Source: Hemiscyllium ocellatum (Eukaryota). From it: a DNA stretch of 64,000 nucleotides. How positions within the stretch are numbered: position 1 is the stretch's first letter; the number at the start of each line of letters is the position of its first letter. The stretch is taken from contig NC_083402.1 of the NCBI RefSeq assembly GCF_020745735.1, positions 8,446,004 through 8,510,003 on the forward strand. The letters are read 5' to 3'. This document shows positions 12,430 to 25,772 of the stretch, in pieces. A program made the translations under genes and the position numbers. The notes under the pieces were generated by a model, which was given only the letters and a program-made list of their open reading frames with translations, searched no databases and was not told where the DNA came from.

Positions 12430-14400
12430 ATAACAAGACCAGAGAACCAGAAATGCCAAGGAATACTCAAAACTGGATAAAAAGGAATAGAGAGCCGTAC
12501 AACAGGTATGAAATGGGTAAAACAACACAGACCCGAGGGGAGTGCAGGTAGTTCAGGGGGGTCTCAAAAAGCAATAGGAGAGCAAAGAGAATTCTGTGAA
12601 AACACTGGCGGGAAAGATGAGGAGAATCCCAGAATTCTACAAGTGTATCAAGGGAAGAGAATAACTGGGAGAGAGTCAGGCCTATTAGGGACCAAGGGGG
12701 CAACCTGTACATGCAGCTGGAGGACAATGGTAGAGGGTTAAGTGAATATTTTACATCTGACCTTACCCTGGAGTAAAGTATTCAAGAAGATGACTGTGAA
12801 GCTCCTGAGCAGATTGATATATAAAGTGAGGAGATATTGTTGGTTCTGGCTTTGTAAAAGTGGATAAATCACCAAGGGCAGTTGTATATCAGCCTCCTGT
12901 GGGAGATGGGGGAAGAAAATTACAGGGGTTCTGATCCAAAACAGTAAATTGTCTCTGGCGACAGGGAGATACTAGAGGATTGGACAACAGCCAGTGGTTC
13001 CACTTGACAAGAAGACTGGCAGAGATAGAACAGGGAACTATAGACAGTGAGTGTAACATTAGTATTAGGGAAATTACTGATGGAAACAGTGAAGTAGGGG
13101 ATTAATCTCCATTTTGAGAAACAAGTTTTAATCAGGGATAGTCAGTGTGGGTTTGTCAGGGGAGGGCATGCCTTACAAACCTGGTGGAATATTTTGAGGA
13201 GGTGACCAAGTGTTTGGATGAGAGTAGGGCAGTTATGTTTTTCATATGGATTTCAGCAAGGTCTTTGGGAAAGTTCCACTTGGGAAACTGATAAAGAAAG
13301 CAAACACTTGTCTGATCCAAGGTAATTTGGGAAGTGGATTCAAAATTAGCTCAAGGACAGGAGACAAAGGATGGTGATTGAAGAATGTTTGTGTGACTAG
13401 AGCTTGGTGTGCACTTGTGTACCACAGGGATCAATGCTGGGTCCTTCATTGTTTGTGATGTTCATAATTTATGTGGATGGGCATGTTAGGGGAATGATTT
13501 GTACATTTGTGGATGAGACAAAGATTGGCTGGGTAGTTGACAGTGAGGAGAGAGCTGTTAGGTTATGGGAGGATACAAATGGATTGATAAGATGGGCAGA
13601 TCAATGGCAAATGGAATTTAACCCTTACAAATTTGAGGTGACACACTTCAGAAGAAGGATCAAGACAAGGGAGTAGCCAATGAATGAGAATACTAGCAAG
13701 CTCAGATGACCAGGGGATTCTTGGTTGTGTTTGTCTGCAGATCCCTTTAAGATGGCAGGAGAGGTTGACAGGGAGTTATGAAGGCATATGGGCGACTTGC
13801 ATTTTTCACTTGTAGCATATATTATAGTGCACTGAGGTCATGTTGTGGCTGTACAGAAGTTTGGTTTAGTCACAGCTGGAATAGGGTGAGCAGTTCTGGT
13901 CACCACATGATCAGAAGGATGTGACCGCACTGTAGGAGGCTGACCAGGATGTTCCTGGGATAGACCGTCCAGCTGTGAAGACAGGCTGGATAAACCTGAG
14001 CTGTATTCTTGGAACAGAGAAGGTTGAGGGGGGACTGATCAAGGTTTCTCAGATTTGAGGGGTATGGTCAGGTGAATATAAAGCAGCTATTCCCTTAGTT
14101 GAAGGTCAATAACAAGGAGCACCATTTTGAAGTGAAGGCAGGAGGTTTGGAGGGGAGTTGAGGAAAGGCTATTTTACCCAGAGGGTGGTGGAACTCTGGA
14201 ATGCACTGCCTCAGAGGGTAGTTGAGGCAGGAAAACCCACAACTTGTAAAAATTATTTGGATGAAAACTTGTGGTGTCATAACATTCAAGGCTATTGCTG
14301 AGTGCAGGAAAGTGGGACTTGTGTTGGTAGGATATATTTTGGTGGTCCAGTCTTAATGGGCCACTTCTGCACCGTCTGATTCTGTGATTCTAAACCAACT
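12430..14400 (+). mobile_element. Older decayed CR1 ORF2 fragment (mirror ~37060-39050)
   Basis: PQGSMLGPSLF...FVDETK...WQMEFNPYK motifs with many stops. Confidence 0.7.
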
Positions 14401-15757
14401 GCAGATGCCAATAAAGATCGTAAAGGTGGAGAGAATTGGGATGACAGTAACTGGACAAGCAATATAAAAACTAACAGCAATCGTTGCTCTGAGCATGTAC
14501 AGAGAAAGAAAATAATTGTGGAACTGCGTGAGGGAAAAGTTGGGATTTAGAACATGGAACAGGGAAATGGCAGATAATTTAGAGTTACATGGTGATCAGC
14601 TTATAGAAGTTAACAGCACAGAAGGCCATTCCCCTTTGGAGTCTGTGCTGGTCACCTATCTATTCTAATCTGATTATCCAGCACTTGCCCTCATATACCT
14701 CATGACCAGCCTGTAAATAGTTTCTTTCTGCCAAAGGCTATGCTTTTCATTATTTATCACCCAGCAAGTTGTTTATCTCTGTGAACTTGTTATCAATCTG
14801 CCTACATATAAGTTTATATCATTGATATAAACCACAGACAACAAGGGTCCCAACACCTACCCCGGTGGGCCCCCAGTGAACACAACATCCAGTCGGATAA
14901 AGGTTCCTCATCCTTCATTCTTCTATCCTGCCAGTCAGCAAATTGATTGTGGATCCAATTTGCCAATGTCCTTGGATCCCGTGGGCTCTGACCTTTGCTA
15001 TCAGTCTCCCATGTGGAGATTGATAAAAGCCTTGCTGAAGTCTGAGTAGACAACATCAAAATCATTGCTCATCTGCACACCTGGTCTTGGCTTCAAACAA
15101 ATTCAATTCTGTTGGTTAGATATAAGACCGTAGGAGATTGGAGTAGAACTAAGCCATTTGACCAATCAAGTCTGCTCTGTTTGTGATCATGGCTGATATG
15201 TTCCTCAAACAACATTCTCTGCCTTCTCCCCATAACACCTTGAACCCCTGACTGATCAAGAACCCTGTCAGAAATACACTCAATGACTTGGCCTCCACAG
15301 CCCTCTGCAGCAATGAGTTGTAATGAGTTCTCAGCACAAACTGAAGAAATTCTTCCCCATCTCAAATCTAACCCTGCACTCTGTGGCTGTGCCCCTGGGT
15401 CCTCATCTCTCCCCCGAGTAGAAACATCTTCACGTTCATGATACCCAGGCCTATCAGTATTCTGTAAGTTTCAATCAGATCCCCTCATCCTCCTAAACTC
15501 CCTTGAGTACAGACCCAGATCTGTACTCATCATAACAGTCTTAGTCCCCTGGGTCATTCTTGTAACTTCCTTGATCTCTTCCAATGCCAACAGCTCCATC
15601 CTCAGATATGGGGCCCAAAACTGCTGTCAATATTCCAAATGTGGTCTGGCCAGATATAGCCTTATACAGCATAGGCAATACCCCCCTAGCCTTGTATTTA
15701 CACCTCTCGGATGTAATGTTAACATTGCATTTGTTTTCTGAACTGCCAACTGTACTT

Positions 15758-17165
15758 AGAACTTAGAAACATAGAACATAACAAAGTACAGCACAGAACA
15801 GGCCCTTCGGCCCACGATGTTGTGCCAATGTTTAATCCTAACGTAAACTACACACCCTCAACTCACGGCTATGCATGTTCATGTCCAGCAATCACGTAAA
15901 TGTCCCTAATGGCTCTGCTTCCATCACCACCACTGCTGGCAATGCATTCCTTGCTTTCGCAACTCTCTGTGTAAAGAGCCTACCTCTGACATCTTCTCAA
16001 TATCTTTCTCTTAACATCTTATAACTAAGATCCCTCGTACCAGTCAATCATGCCCTGGGGAAAAGTCTCTGGTTATTGACTCTATCTATTCCTTCTATCT
16101 TAAAAATCACACAACACCAGGTTATAGTCCAACAGGTTTAACTGGAAGCACACTAGCTTTTGGAGCGACGTTCCTTCATCAAGTGATCAGGTGAAGGAAC
16201 ATCGTGCCGAAAGCTAGTGTGCTTCCAATTTAAACCCGTTGGACTATAAACTGTTGTTGTATGATTTTTAATTTTGTACACCCCAGTCCAACACCGGCAT
16301 CTCCAAATCATCTCATTATCTTGTACACCTCGATCAGGTCTCCTTTCGTCCTCCTTCTCTCCAGAGAGAAATGTCCGAGCTAATTCAACCTTTCTTCATA
16401 AGGCAAGCTCTCCAGTCCAGGCAGCATCCTGGTAAACCTTCTTTGCACCCTCTCCAAAGCCTCTGTATCTTTCCTATAGTAGGCCGACCAGAACTGGACA
16501 CAATATTCCAAGTGTCACCAGGGACTTGTAGAGCTGTAGCAAAATCTTACGGCTCTTAAACTAAATCCCCTGTTAATGAAAGCCGAAACACCATATGCTT
16601 TCTTAACAACCCTATCCACTTGGGTGGCAACTTTGAGGGATCATTGTGCTTGCACACCCAGATCCCTCTGTTCCTCTACACTGCCAAGAATCCTGTCTTT
16701 AATCCTATATTCATCATTCGATTTTGACCTTCCAAAATGCATCACTTCACATTTATCCAGGTTGAACTCCTTGTATTTCTCAGCCCAGATCTGCATCCTG
16801 TCTATGTCGCGCTGCAGCCTGCAATAACCTCAATATTATCAACGGCACCTCTAAACTTTATGTCAACTGCAAATTTACTATCCCACCCCAAAACCTTCTC
16901 ATCCAAGTCATTTTTTAAAACTACAAAGAGCAGAGCCCAGTGGGACGCCGCTCATCATTGTCTTCCAGGCAGAATACTTTCCATCGACAGCCTCACTCTG
17001 CCTTCTGTTAGCCAACCAATTCTGAATCCAAATAGACAAATCTCCCTGTATCCCATACTTCCTGACATTTTGAATGAGCCTACTATGTGGAAGCTTATCA
17101 AATGCCTTGCTGAAGTCCATATACACCATATCAACTGCTTGACCTTTGTCGACCTGTCTTATCAC
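15758..17165 (-). mobile_element. CR1 LINE 3' part carrying a PLE hairpin (mirror of 34265-35692)
   Basis: RT motifs VDMVYMDFSKAFDK; PLE insert at ~16100-16310. Confidence 0.85.
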
Positions 17166-20100
17166 CTCCTCAAGAACTTGTTCTTCTCCACAATCTCGTT
17201 CTTAATGTTGGACTGTAAAATCTTTCAAATAACCGAGGTCAGGCTAAACAGCCTATCGTATCCCATTTTCTGCCTCGCTTTCCTTAACAAAACCATTCTG
17301 TCTGTTTTTGATCCATCTCCACCTCTGAAGCGTAGATGAATTCTGCCCCTCAGAATTGCTTCCATAGTTTCCCGACCACCGAGGTTAGACTGACTGGCCT
17401 GTAGATACCTGGTTAATCCCTTGCTCACTTCTTGAATCATGGCTTTCCTCCTGTCTTCTGGCACCTCTCCATCTGCAGATCTAAGCTCCATCTGTATAAC
17501 CTGAAATCTTATCTTTAAGCTTTTCTACAAAGATAAGCGGATTATAATTAGCAAAAACTATTGTCTCATTAATTCCATATCAGACATAAATTTCAAAGTT
17601 TTGAAGAGCTGATAGCAATGTTTCCTTTTCCATCATTAAGCAATGTGAACCAACCAGATAAGAAGAACAAATTTCCTTCCCAAGAGTTTATGGTCATCAT
17701 GAGACTCTTATTCCAGATTTTTAAAAAAATGAAACTCTACTATGGAGGGCTTTGAACTCCATTACCCCAGAAAATGACCTGGATCTCTAGATTTATAGCC
17801 TCCTGACAAGAGACAACTCTGCCATTGCACCCCCAGTATTGGCAGTCAGTTGTTTTGAGTGAATCACACAGAATCTTCACTTTTCAGTACAATACTGAGC
17901 AATGACCTTGTTCCGGCTTTCTTCACAGCTTCAATATGTGGTTTTGTAGCAATAATCTTCCCTCATGGAATCTCCTAGTAAACCACTCCAATCTCGTACA
18001 ATTCATGTCAATCTTTTTTTGAAGCTTTTCCAATGTCGTTGGGTTTAGCTGCCTCTGGCTTCAGCACTGTTACCTATCGGGCCGTAAGGGAGGGAGGATT
18101 GCTGGGTTGTCACGGGGAGTCAGTATTATGGTCTTGGTGAGCTAAGTGATCTTGACATTGAGCTTATGTCCTGTTCAATATGTAGGACATTGTTGTGGTG
18201 CAGTGGGGAATGTCCCTGCTTCAAGAAGCTCTGGGTTCAAGTCACATTAGGTTTCGCCTTCAGCCTACACAGGACTCTACGAGAGGTTGTCATCATTAAT
18301 GGATCCTAATTCACTGGATGGCCTTTAAGAGAAGTTTGAGAGTCAATTCTAACACTTTATTACATAGGAGATGTTGTGACAACATACACCTTAAACTGCT
18401 GCCAATCATTACATCCTTCATCAGCATATGATGGGTCAGCCCCATGACTTGTTAGACAGTCTGAAGCAGCAAAATCAAAGTCCGATTGACAATAAAGATC
18501 ACATCCCAGTCAATCAAAATATTCCCTTCATATACAAACACACATTATTGTGTCACATACACACTGATCCTGTGTGTGCCTGTTATTTTTGCATCGAAGA
18601 GAAGAACATAACAAAGGGATAATTGAAAAGAGATATTCCAAATCATGCAATCGTTAGATAGAGTGGATAGAATATTTCCCCTTGAATTTCACAATTGGAG
18701 ACATCAGAATAACTGAGGTCAGAATGGATTTGGGCCAAAGGGAAGGCTGAGGGAGGTTTGATTGAGATGTTCCAAATCATGAAAGAACAGGATGGTGTCA
18801 ATAGAGAGACACCATACCACTCATGAAGGCTCAGGATAGTGTAGATAGAGAGGTACGTACCCACTCATAAAGGCTCAGGATAGTGTAGGTAGATAGAGAC
18901 CGTACCCACTCATGAAGGGATCAAGAACTAGAGGGCACAGTGGGATGAACAAAAATATTATTGTTCATTCAGAATGTGGGAATCAAAAGTGGAGTGAAAA
19001 GAGGTTTTTGGTTTCAGTTCTGTGAAAAGTGACTTGTTCATTTGAAACAAAGGGTCAGAATGTGATCTGGAACAGTGAAGTAAAGACACTGAGAAAGTGT
19101 CCTGGAGATAAGTGACCTGGAGAGTTCATTGCTGAATATTTACCAAGGTGAGGTTTACAGTCGATACAAACAGATCCTTGAGTACCACCAGTCAGCTGAG
19201 TTCAGAGAAGAGAAGTTGGAAGAATAGTTGTTTGAAAAAATTCCGAATGTCTCCAGGTTGAGAGTTGTAATAAAATCTCCAGAACTTCAGCGTTGAAAAT
19301 AAGTCTGAAGCTGTTTCAGTACTCAAATGAGGAGGGGAGAAAAAGTCAATGAGTTAGTTTATGTTAATGCATTTCATAGAGAGACAGAGAGAATCCTATC
19401 TGGTGAAAATGCTGAGATTCAGTTGAGTGAGACATCCTTAAGTGAAGCTTACTGAAGTCAATGTACACAACATCAACTATATTATTCTCATTTTCAGACC
19501 TAGTCACCTCCTCTAAAATTCCATCAAATCAATTCAATCAAATTCCTTTACAAACTCATGCTAAATATCCTGGATTAACCTTTGTCTCTCCAAGTAATGA
19601 TTCATTCTGTCCCTCAGAATTGTTTCCGATATTTTCCCCACCATTGATGTTGGCCTCACTGGCTTGTACTCTCCTGGTTTTCACTACCACCCTTGAACAA
19701 TAGGGTAACAGGTGAAGGGATGATGGCAAGTGAAATAACAAGGATTCAGAGACACTGTGCTCCTGTTAGAGTGAAGGGTAAGGCCAGTAAGATGAGGGAA
19801 CAATGGAGGATGAATAAATATATTGAGGCTCTGGTTAAGAATATGAAAGAGTCATGTATTAGGTATAGACAACTTGAAGAATATAAGGGTGATCGGGGCA
19901 TTCTTATGAGGGATATCAGGAGGGCAAAAGTCGACATCAGATAACCTCAGTAGATAAGGCTGAGGATAAGCCAAAGGTATTCTACGAAGTCTTAGAAACC
20001 AGAGAGCATCCAGGGAGGGAATAGGGCCTCTTCAAGATCAATGAGGTCATCTATGTGTAGACCAGAGGAGAGGGGGGAGATATCCTAAACAAATATTTTT

Positions 20101-20799
20101 GCATCAGTTTTTACTGTGGAGAAAGAAATTGACGCAAGGCAACTCGAGCAAATAAATATTAATGTCTTGAAAGCAATTCACTTTACTGAAGAGGAAGTGT
20201 TGGAGGTCTTGAAAAACATAAAAGTGGCTTTGTGCAGGGGAAATCATGTGTCACAAACTTGACTGAGATTTTGAAAATGTAACAAAAGACCAGTGAGGGC
20301 AGAGGGGAGATATTGTTTACATGAACTTGTGTAAAGCTGTTGTCAAAGATCCACATGGTGGACTAATTAGTGAAGTTAGGTGGCATGGGATTCAGGGAGA
20401 GAATGCCAGTTGGATACAAAGTTTGCTTGATGGTAAGAGACAGAGTGTTGTGATGGGGGTTTGTTTTTACATTGTACCATGTGACCTCATTCAGGAACAT
20501 TCTAAGATATCATCCATCTTATGTCAGTGATTAACTCCTTCATCAATATTGCAACACCCTCTTCTCTTTGACATTCCCTCCCCCTACATGCCTCATCTCA
20601 CAGTTCGATAGCCCGGAACATTGTGCTGTCAATCCTGTCACACTCTCAACCATGTCTGTGTGATAACAACAATATCTCATCCCCACTCATTAACCTACAC
20701 CCTCAGCTCGTCTGCCTTACTCACAAGTAAATGCCACACTCCCTTATGCCCTCCCTTGATGATATTCACACTGCCTTCTGGATTGACTTGGATTGCCAT

Positions 20800-21000
20800 G
20801 TCACTGTCAGTTAGCTCAGTTGGCTGGACAGTTGGTCTGTGATGTGGAGTGATGCCAGCAAGGGATGTTTAATTCTCATATTGTCTGTGGTGACATGAAA
20901 TCCAATCTTCAACCTTGCCCTTGTCTGAGGCAGAGTGACCCTTAGGTTAAATCATTACCAGTCATAACTTCCTTTAATGAGACAGGAGTTCTCTTGCACA
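20800..21000 (+). mobile_element. Decayed tRNA-derived SINE, second family (mirror ~30420-30625)
   Basis: tRNA-like head GTCAGTTAGCTCAGTTGGCTGGACAG and body ...GAGTGACCCTTAGGTTAAATCATTACCAGTC. Confidence 0.45.
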
Positions 21001-21491
21001 ATGGTGAGTTTACTTTTTTACTTCAGTTTACTTTTTCCATCTTCATGTCTCTCTGTATCCAACCCCCGCTCCCCACCCCCCCACCCCCACCACACCCCAA
21101 CAATACTCCACTGCATCCCCCATCCCTCTGCTACGCCTGATGAATGAGCAGGTTGCTGAGGCTGGCTCGGTAATAGAATAGAAGGTGATAGGAAATAGAA
21201 AAGGTTCTGCAGGGGGGCCCTGAGTCCTGCTCTTCACATCACTGTGGGTCCTCCCCGCACCCGCCACCCCACCCCCCGCCCCCACACCACCAAGTCTAAC
21301 CTCAGGATGTTTACAAACCACCTGAAGACCTGTCTTGTATCCAGCCCGGAGCTCATTCCACTCTGTCACTAGTCTGTTCAGAAATCACAATTGTATCATA
21401 TTATATCTTTTCTCACTAAATAACAGATTCAGTGTTTTACTCACTGTTTGGTGTCTGTGCTGTTTCATATCCTCTCTCTCTCCCCTCACAG

Positions 21492-21877
21492 CTTTGTCTG
21501 CTAATGGTTGGTCAATGACGATCGTGGATGGAGTGTGGGCTGAGGAAGGAGGCTCCGCTGTCTTACCCTGCAGCTTCACCCACCCTGACACTAACCTCAC
21601 ACTCACTGGCTCCATCTTATGGTACAGGAGGGAAACACGGGCTTTTATCTTTAAACTGTACAGATCCTGGTCCAGACCAATCCCAGGGTGAGCTGTGTGA
21701 GAATGTGATACAGCGGGACGGTGGAATCGATTCAGATTCGTGGGGAACCTCACCAACAAGATGCCTCAATAATGATGGAGGGACTGAGCCGGGAGGATGC
21801 TGGTTCCTATCGGTGTCGTGTGGAGCTCAATATTGAAAAGTTTGGATCTAGAAAAGGAACACGCCTGGAAGTGAAAG
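21492..21877 (+). CDS. SIGLEC15-like: Siglec-15-like V-set Ig exon, left-arm mirror copy with three homopolymer indels
   Basis: Acceptor CTCTCCCCTCACAG, donor AAG|GTGAGG; GGSAVLPCSFTHP...DAGSYRCRVEL...GTRLEVK spread across frames. Confidence 0.7.
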
Positions 21878-22029
21878 GTGAGGAACAATGTTCTGATGGT
21901 GTCACTGCCCTGACAGCTCAATGGGGACAGGCTCCACCAGGTCCGGGAGCTCTTGGATTCTTTCCTTCTCCTGGGCTTTCCAGTTGGTCTCAGGCAGGAG
22001 GCAGTGAGAAGGACAGAGACAGAGGGGCA

Positions 22030-22079
22030 CAAAGAGAGAGAGAGAGAGACAGACAGAAAGAGCGAGAAAGAGGTGAGGG

Positions 22080-22115
<36 letters not shown>
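22030..22115. repeat. (GA)n microsatellite (mirror ~29290-29380)
   Basis: Direct reading. Confidence 0.9.
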
Positions 22116-23574
22116 TGACATGACTGGGGATTTAGAGACCATTCCATCACCATCTTTGAAACCTCCCACAGTCACACTCATTTCATTATCACGTTCAAAC
22201 TGGCTTCATTGCTCTGGGATGGGGAACAGAGAAAACCACTGACAATCCAAGCTCCAAGATCCCCATCAATGAGGGTCCAGCTTTATCAGCATTTGGGTGA
22301 GGACAAGAGAGACCTGCACCCCCTGAGCCCTCACTGGATGAGCTCATCTCAGGGTGAAGGAACCCTCAGCTCACATTGGCCGAGAACCTCACTGTTGCTG
22401 TCCTCCACCTCTATTGGCTGAGGAGAAAATGGGGGGAGCTGTCCTCGCCAGAGGCTAATGTCCTGGGGATTGTGGCAGATTGTGAAATTTGAATTTGAAA
22501 ATATCTAGAACTGAAAACTAGTCTAATAATGACTGTGTAACCATCACCATTAAAAAAGAATCTGGGTTAATCATGTCCTTTTGGGAGGGAAATCTGCTAT
22601 CCTTACCCGATCTGACCTACATGTAACTCCATACCCACAGTTATGTATTTGACTCTTAACTGCCTCAGTTGTGGATAAGGAGTGAACCCAGGAGTGCAAA
22701 TGAAACTGTGGCTGCAAGAGCAGGTCACAGGCTCAGAATCCTATGAATAACATACCTCCTGACTCCAAAGCCTATTGGCCAGTCAGGAGTGTGATGAAAT
22801 ACCTTCCACTTGCCTGGAACAGTGCAGGAAAAATATATCATGCTCTGTCATTATTACTGGATCAAAATCCTGGAAATCCATCCTAACATCATTGGGGATA
22901 AAAATAACTATAAAATGCACTGCAGCAAGACAGCAAACATTTCCTCCACCAGCACCTTCCAAAGTTGGGACCTTGAAGACCTCAGTGAAAAATGACATCA
23001 GATACAGGCCATCCTGACATGGAACTATCTTTTCATTGTCCAGAGGATGTGGGTGTCCCATGCACAGTCAGCCTTTATTGGCCAGCCCTGGAGAAGGGAA
23101 TGGTGAGCTGCCTTTTTGAACTGCTGTATTCACTCAGCTGCAGAGACATTCACGATTCGGTTGGTAAAGGATTTCCAAGGCTTTGTCCCAGTGACACTGA
23201 AGGAATGATGAAATATTCCCAATCAGGATGGTGAGTGTCTTGGAGGGAAGCTTGTAGGTGGAGATGTTCTCCTGTATCCCATGTTCATCAGTGGAACAAC
23301 TTCCCACTGCTGACCTTATGGTGGAGGAGGGTGATTGATGATGCAGCTAAGATGGTTAGACCAAGGACACACTAACCTGAGGAACTCCTGTAGAGATGTT
23401 CTGGAGCTGAGATGACTGATCGCTAAGGAACAACAACAGCTTCCTCTGTGCTAGGTCTGACAGAATACCCATGGAGGTTCCCCCTCAGCTTCCCACTGGA
23501 TTCACTTTTGCTCAGGTTCCTTGATGCTTGCACTCGCTCAAATACAGCCTTGATGTTAACAACAGGCACATTCG

Positions 23575-23725
23575 CCTGTACCTGTCTTTGATTTTTTGTT
23601 GTTTACCTTTATTTACTATCTATGCAACTTAACTCTGTGATATGCCTGTACTGCTCACAAGACAAAGCTTTTCGCCGTGGCCTCGGTACATGTGACAATA
23701 AATTCAATTCAATTCAATTCATTTC
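23575..23725 (+). mobile_element. LINE 3' tail ending in (ATTCA)n, Rex1/Babar-like (mirror ~27668-27815)
   Basis: CTGTACTGCTCACAAGACAAAGCTTTT...GGTACATGTGACAATAAATTCAATTCAATTCA. Confidence 0.5.
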
Positions 23726-23769
23726 AGTCACTGACAGCTTCAACAGTTTAATTGGCCAAATTGAAAATA

Positions 23770-24406
23770 TGTAACATTTCACTGCAAACGAGATACCTCA
23801 GTTGTTTTGAGCATGATTTGAATCTAAACAGTCAGATTAAATTATCCCCCTGAATACTAATAACCCAATCGTCGTTTGAATTTATTGTTTTTGCCATCCT
23901 CAAACTAATGAGACAATCTGATGTTTGGGGTATAAAATAAAAAGCAGATATTTTGAAAGTTAGACAGAGAGTAACTGCCATTGAGAGACTGCCGTACAAA
24001 ACACTCTCAATCAAAGGGACCTTCTTCATATGAAACATCTTTGCAGTGAAAGACAGAAGTCGACCAAGGAGATCTTTAGCTGAAAGAGAAACACACTGAC
24101 AATGACAGCATTGTGTGGTTTTGTAATGAACCTGATGTAATTTTAATACAGGTGGTTATTGGAACAGTACATTGTTGTAGAGTTGGAGGCAGATAGCAAG
24201 CAGTTAAGGGAAACGAGGCTTAGAGTTGTTAAATAGTTATTGTATAATGTTCACTTTGAGAGTTAAAGAATAAATTGATTTATTTGTTTAAGTAGTGGAA
24301 TTTGGGGAGTTCTCTATTACTTAGACTTTAACAGATTACGATGTGAGGTGAGCTTTTCTGGGTGTTTGGTTTAATTAGCAGAGGGGTTTACCACCATGTC
24401 GTTACA
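23770..24406 (+). mobile_element. 5' LTR (637 bp) of a Ty3/Gypsy-like element (mirror 26988-27624)
   Basis: Ends TGTAAC...GTTACA form a 6-bp terminal inverted repeat; internal AATAAA; followed directly by a PBS. Confidence 0.7.
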
Positions 24407-24409
24407 GTT

Positions 24410-24427
24410 TGGGGGCTCATCTGCGAT
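24410..24427 (+). promoter_or_regulatory. Primer-binding site, tRNA-Pro type
   Basis: TGGGGGCTCATCTGCGAT versus TGGGGGCTCGTCCGGGAT (15/18), 3 nt after the LTR end. Confidence 0.75.
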
Positions 24428-24711
24428 TTGGACGGGGTTCAGACAGATCCAGTCTGAGATTTGGAAAGATTTGGGTACAAAAGATCCCAGCAGATTTGAA
24501 CACTGCCGATTAGTGTCCGAGATCTTTAAAGAAAATGTAGGTGAGAGAATTGGTTTAATTTCAGTTATTTGTGGTTGGTTAAATTAAAATGTGAGAGAAA
24601 TGGCTCTTAAAATTGCTGAAGACGTTCTGCAGTTTGAAAATGGTTCCAAATTTGCCAAGAAAGTTTAGAAAAATCAGCAAAAGGTCATACTTTTAGAATT
24701 AGCATTGAGGT

Positions 24712-24860
24712 TAGAACATAGAACTAAAACATAGAACAATACAACACAGAACAGGCCCTTCGGCCCTCGATATTGTGCCGACATGTGAATATTCTAGTTC
24801 ATCCCTCTACACTATCCATCATCATCCATGTTCTTATCAAAGGATTGTTTAAATCTCCCT
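24712..24860 (-). mobile_element. Short CR1 3' tail inserted in the gag
   Basis: AGAACATAGAAC...AACAGGCCCTTCGGCCC. Confidence 0.7.
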
Positions 24861-25174
24861 GAGAATGGATCTAAGCAGGGACATGGGAAGCTGAAATTGT
24901 AAGGGAGTCAGTCAAGCACTTTGGTGTGTCAGAGAAACAGAGAAGTGCAGGAGAGTTTAGAAAAATTTAGTTTACAATTGAGGAAATGGAGTTAGAAGGT
25001 AAAGAAAAGGAAAGAAGAGCCAAAGGAGAAGAAATGAAGAGAGAGAGGACAATAAATAGAGGGAAAGAGACAGAGAGAGAGAGAAAGAGAAGAATGGTAG
25101 AGAGAAGAGATGAAGAGAAAGGAAAAAGAGAGTAAAAAAGAAAGAGAAAGAATGTTGTTAGCAGAGCAAAGAGA

Positions 25175-25510
25175 GCGCGGCATGGTTGACACAGTGGTTA
25201 GCACTGGCTCCAGACAACACTGCACTCAAAAAAAAGCCCCAACGCCAGGAGACCTGGGTTCAATTCCCGCCTCAGGTGACTGTTCTGTGTGGAGTTTGCA
25301 CATTCTCCCGTGTCTGCGTGGGTTTTTCCTCCGGGTGCTCCGGTTTCCTCCACAGTCCAAAGATGTGCGGGTCAGGTGAATTGGCATGCTAAAATTGCCC
25401 GTAGTGTAAGTAAGGGGTAAATGTATGGTGGGTTGTGCCTTCGGTGGGTCGGTGTGGACTTGTTGGGCCGAAGGGCCTGTTTCCACTCTGTAGATAATCT
25501 AATTAATCTA
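25175..25510 (+). mobile_element. HE1/V-SINE-type SINE inserted in the gag (mirror 25911-26216)
   Basis: SINE head, V-domain and tail. The left copy has ~25-30 nt of noise at 25206-25245 that is absent from the mirror. Confidence 0.85.
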
Positions 25511-25648
25511 AAGAGAAAGGAAAGGGAGAGAGAATTTGCACTTTGGAAGTTGTGAATTAGTCAGGAAAGCCAAGTTAACAGGATGGAGATGAAGAATGAA
25601 GATCGTGATATATACAAATATGTCAAGCTCTGCCACAATGTTTGATGA

Positions 25649-25772
25649 AGCACAGAGGTTAGGCAGCATCCAAGGAATAGGAAATTGACGTTTCGGGCAT
25701 AAGCCCTTGATCAAGGTCTTATGCCCGAAACGTCGAATTTCCTATTCCTTGGATGCTGCCTAACCTCTGTGC
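25649..25772. mobile_element. PLE family-A hairpin at the palindrome centre
   Basis: AAGCACAG-AGGTTAGGCAGCATCC...CGTTTCGGGCATAAGCCCTTGA|TCAAGGTCTTATGCCCGAAACG... Confidence 0.8.

Larger units (their letters stand above)
24600..25648 (+). pseudogene. Gypsy-like gag 5' part, decayed and interrupted (mirror ~25775-26795)
   Basis: ATG 24600 MALKIAEDVL...LLELALRL; E/K/R-rich coiled coil; ...DIYKYVK-LP-FDE. Interrupted by a CR1 tail, a SINE and a PLE. Confidence 0.6.

Noticed and set aside
18990-19150. IRF-like motifs and an AAG|GTGAGG donor as a promoter or exon
   Set aside because: Short motifs only, no compatible open frame, and possibly an LTR remnant.
21001-21009. First exon ending ATG|GTGAGT
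   Set aside because: Phase 0 is incompatible with the V exon, and it lies at the end of a SINE remnant.
22240-22440. C2-set exon after the V exon (APRSPS...QGEGTLSSHW)
   Set aside because: Weak acceptor, no correctly spaced cysteines, and it needs indels not supported by either arm.
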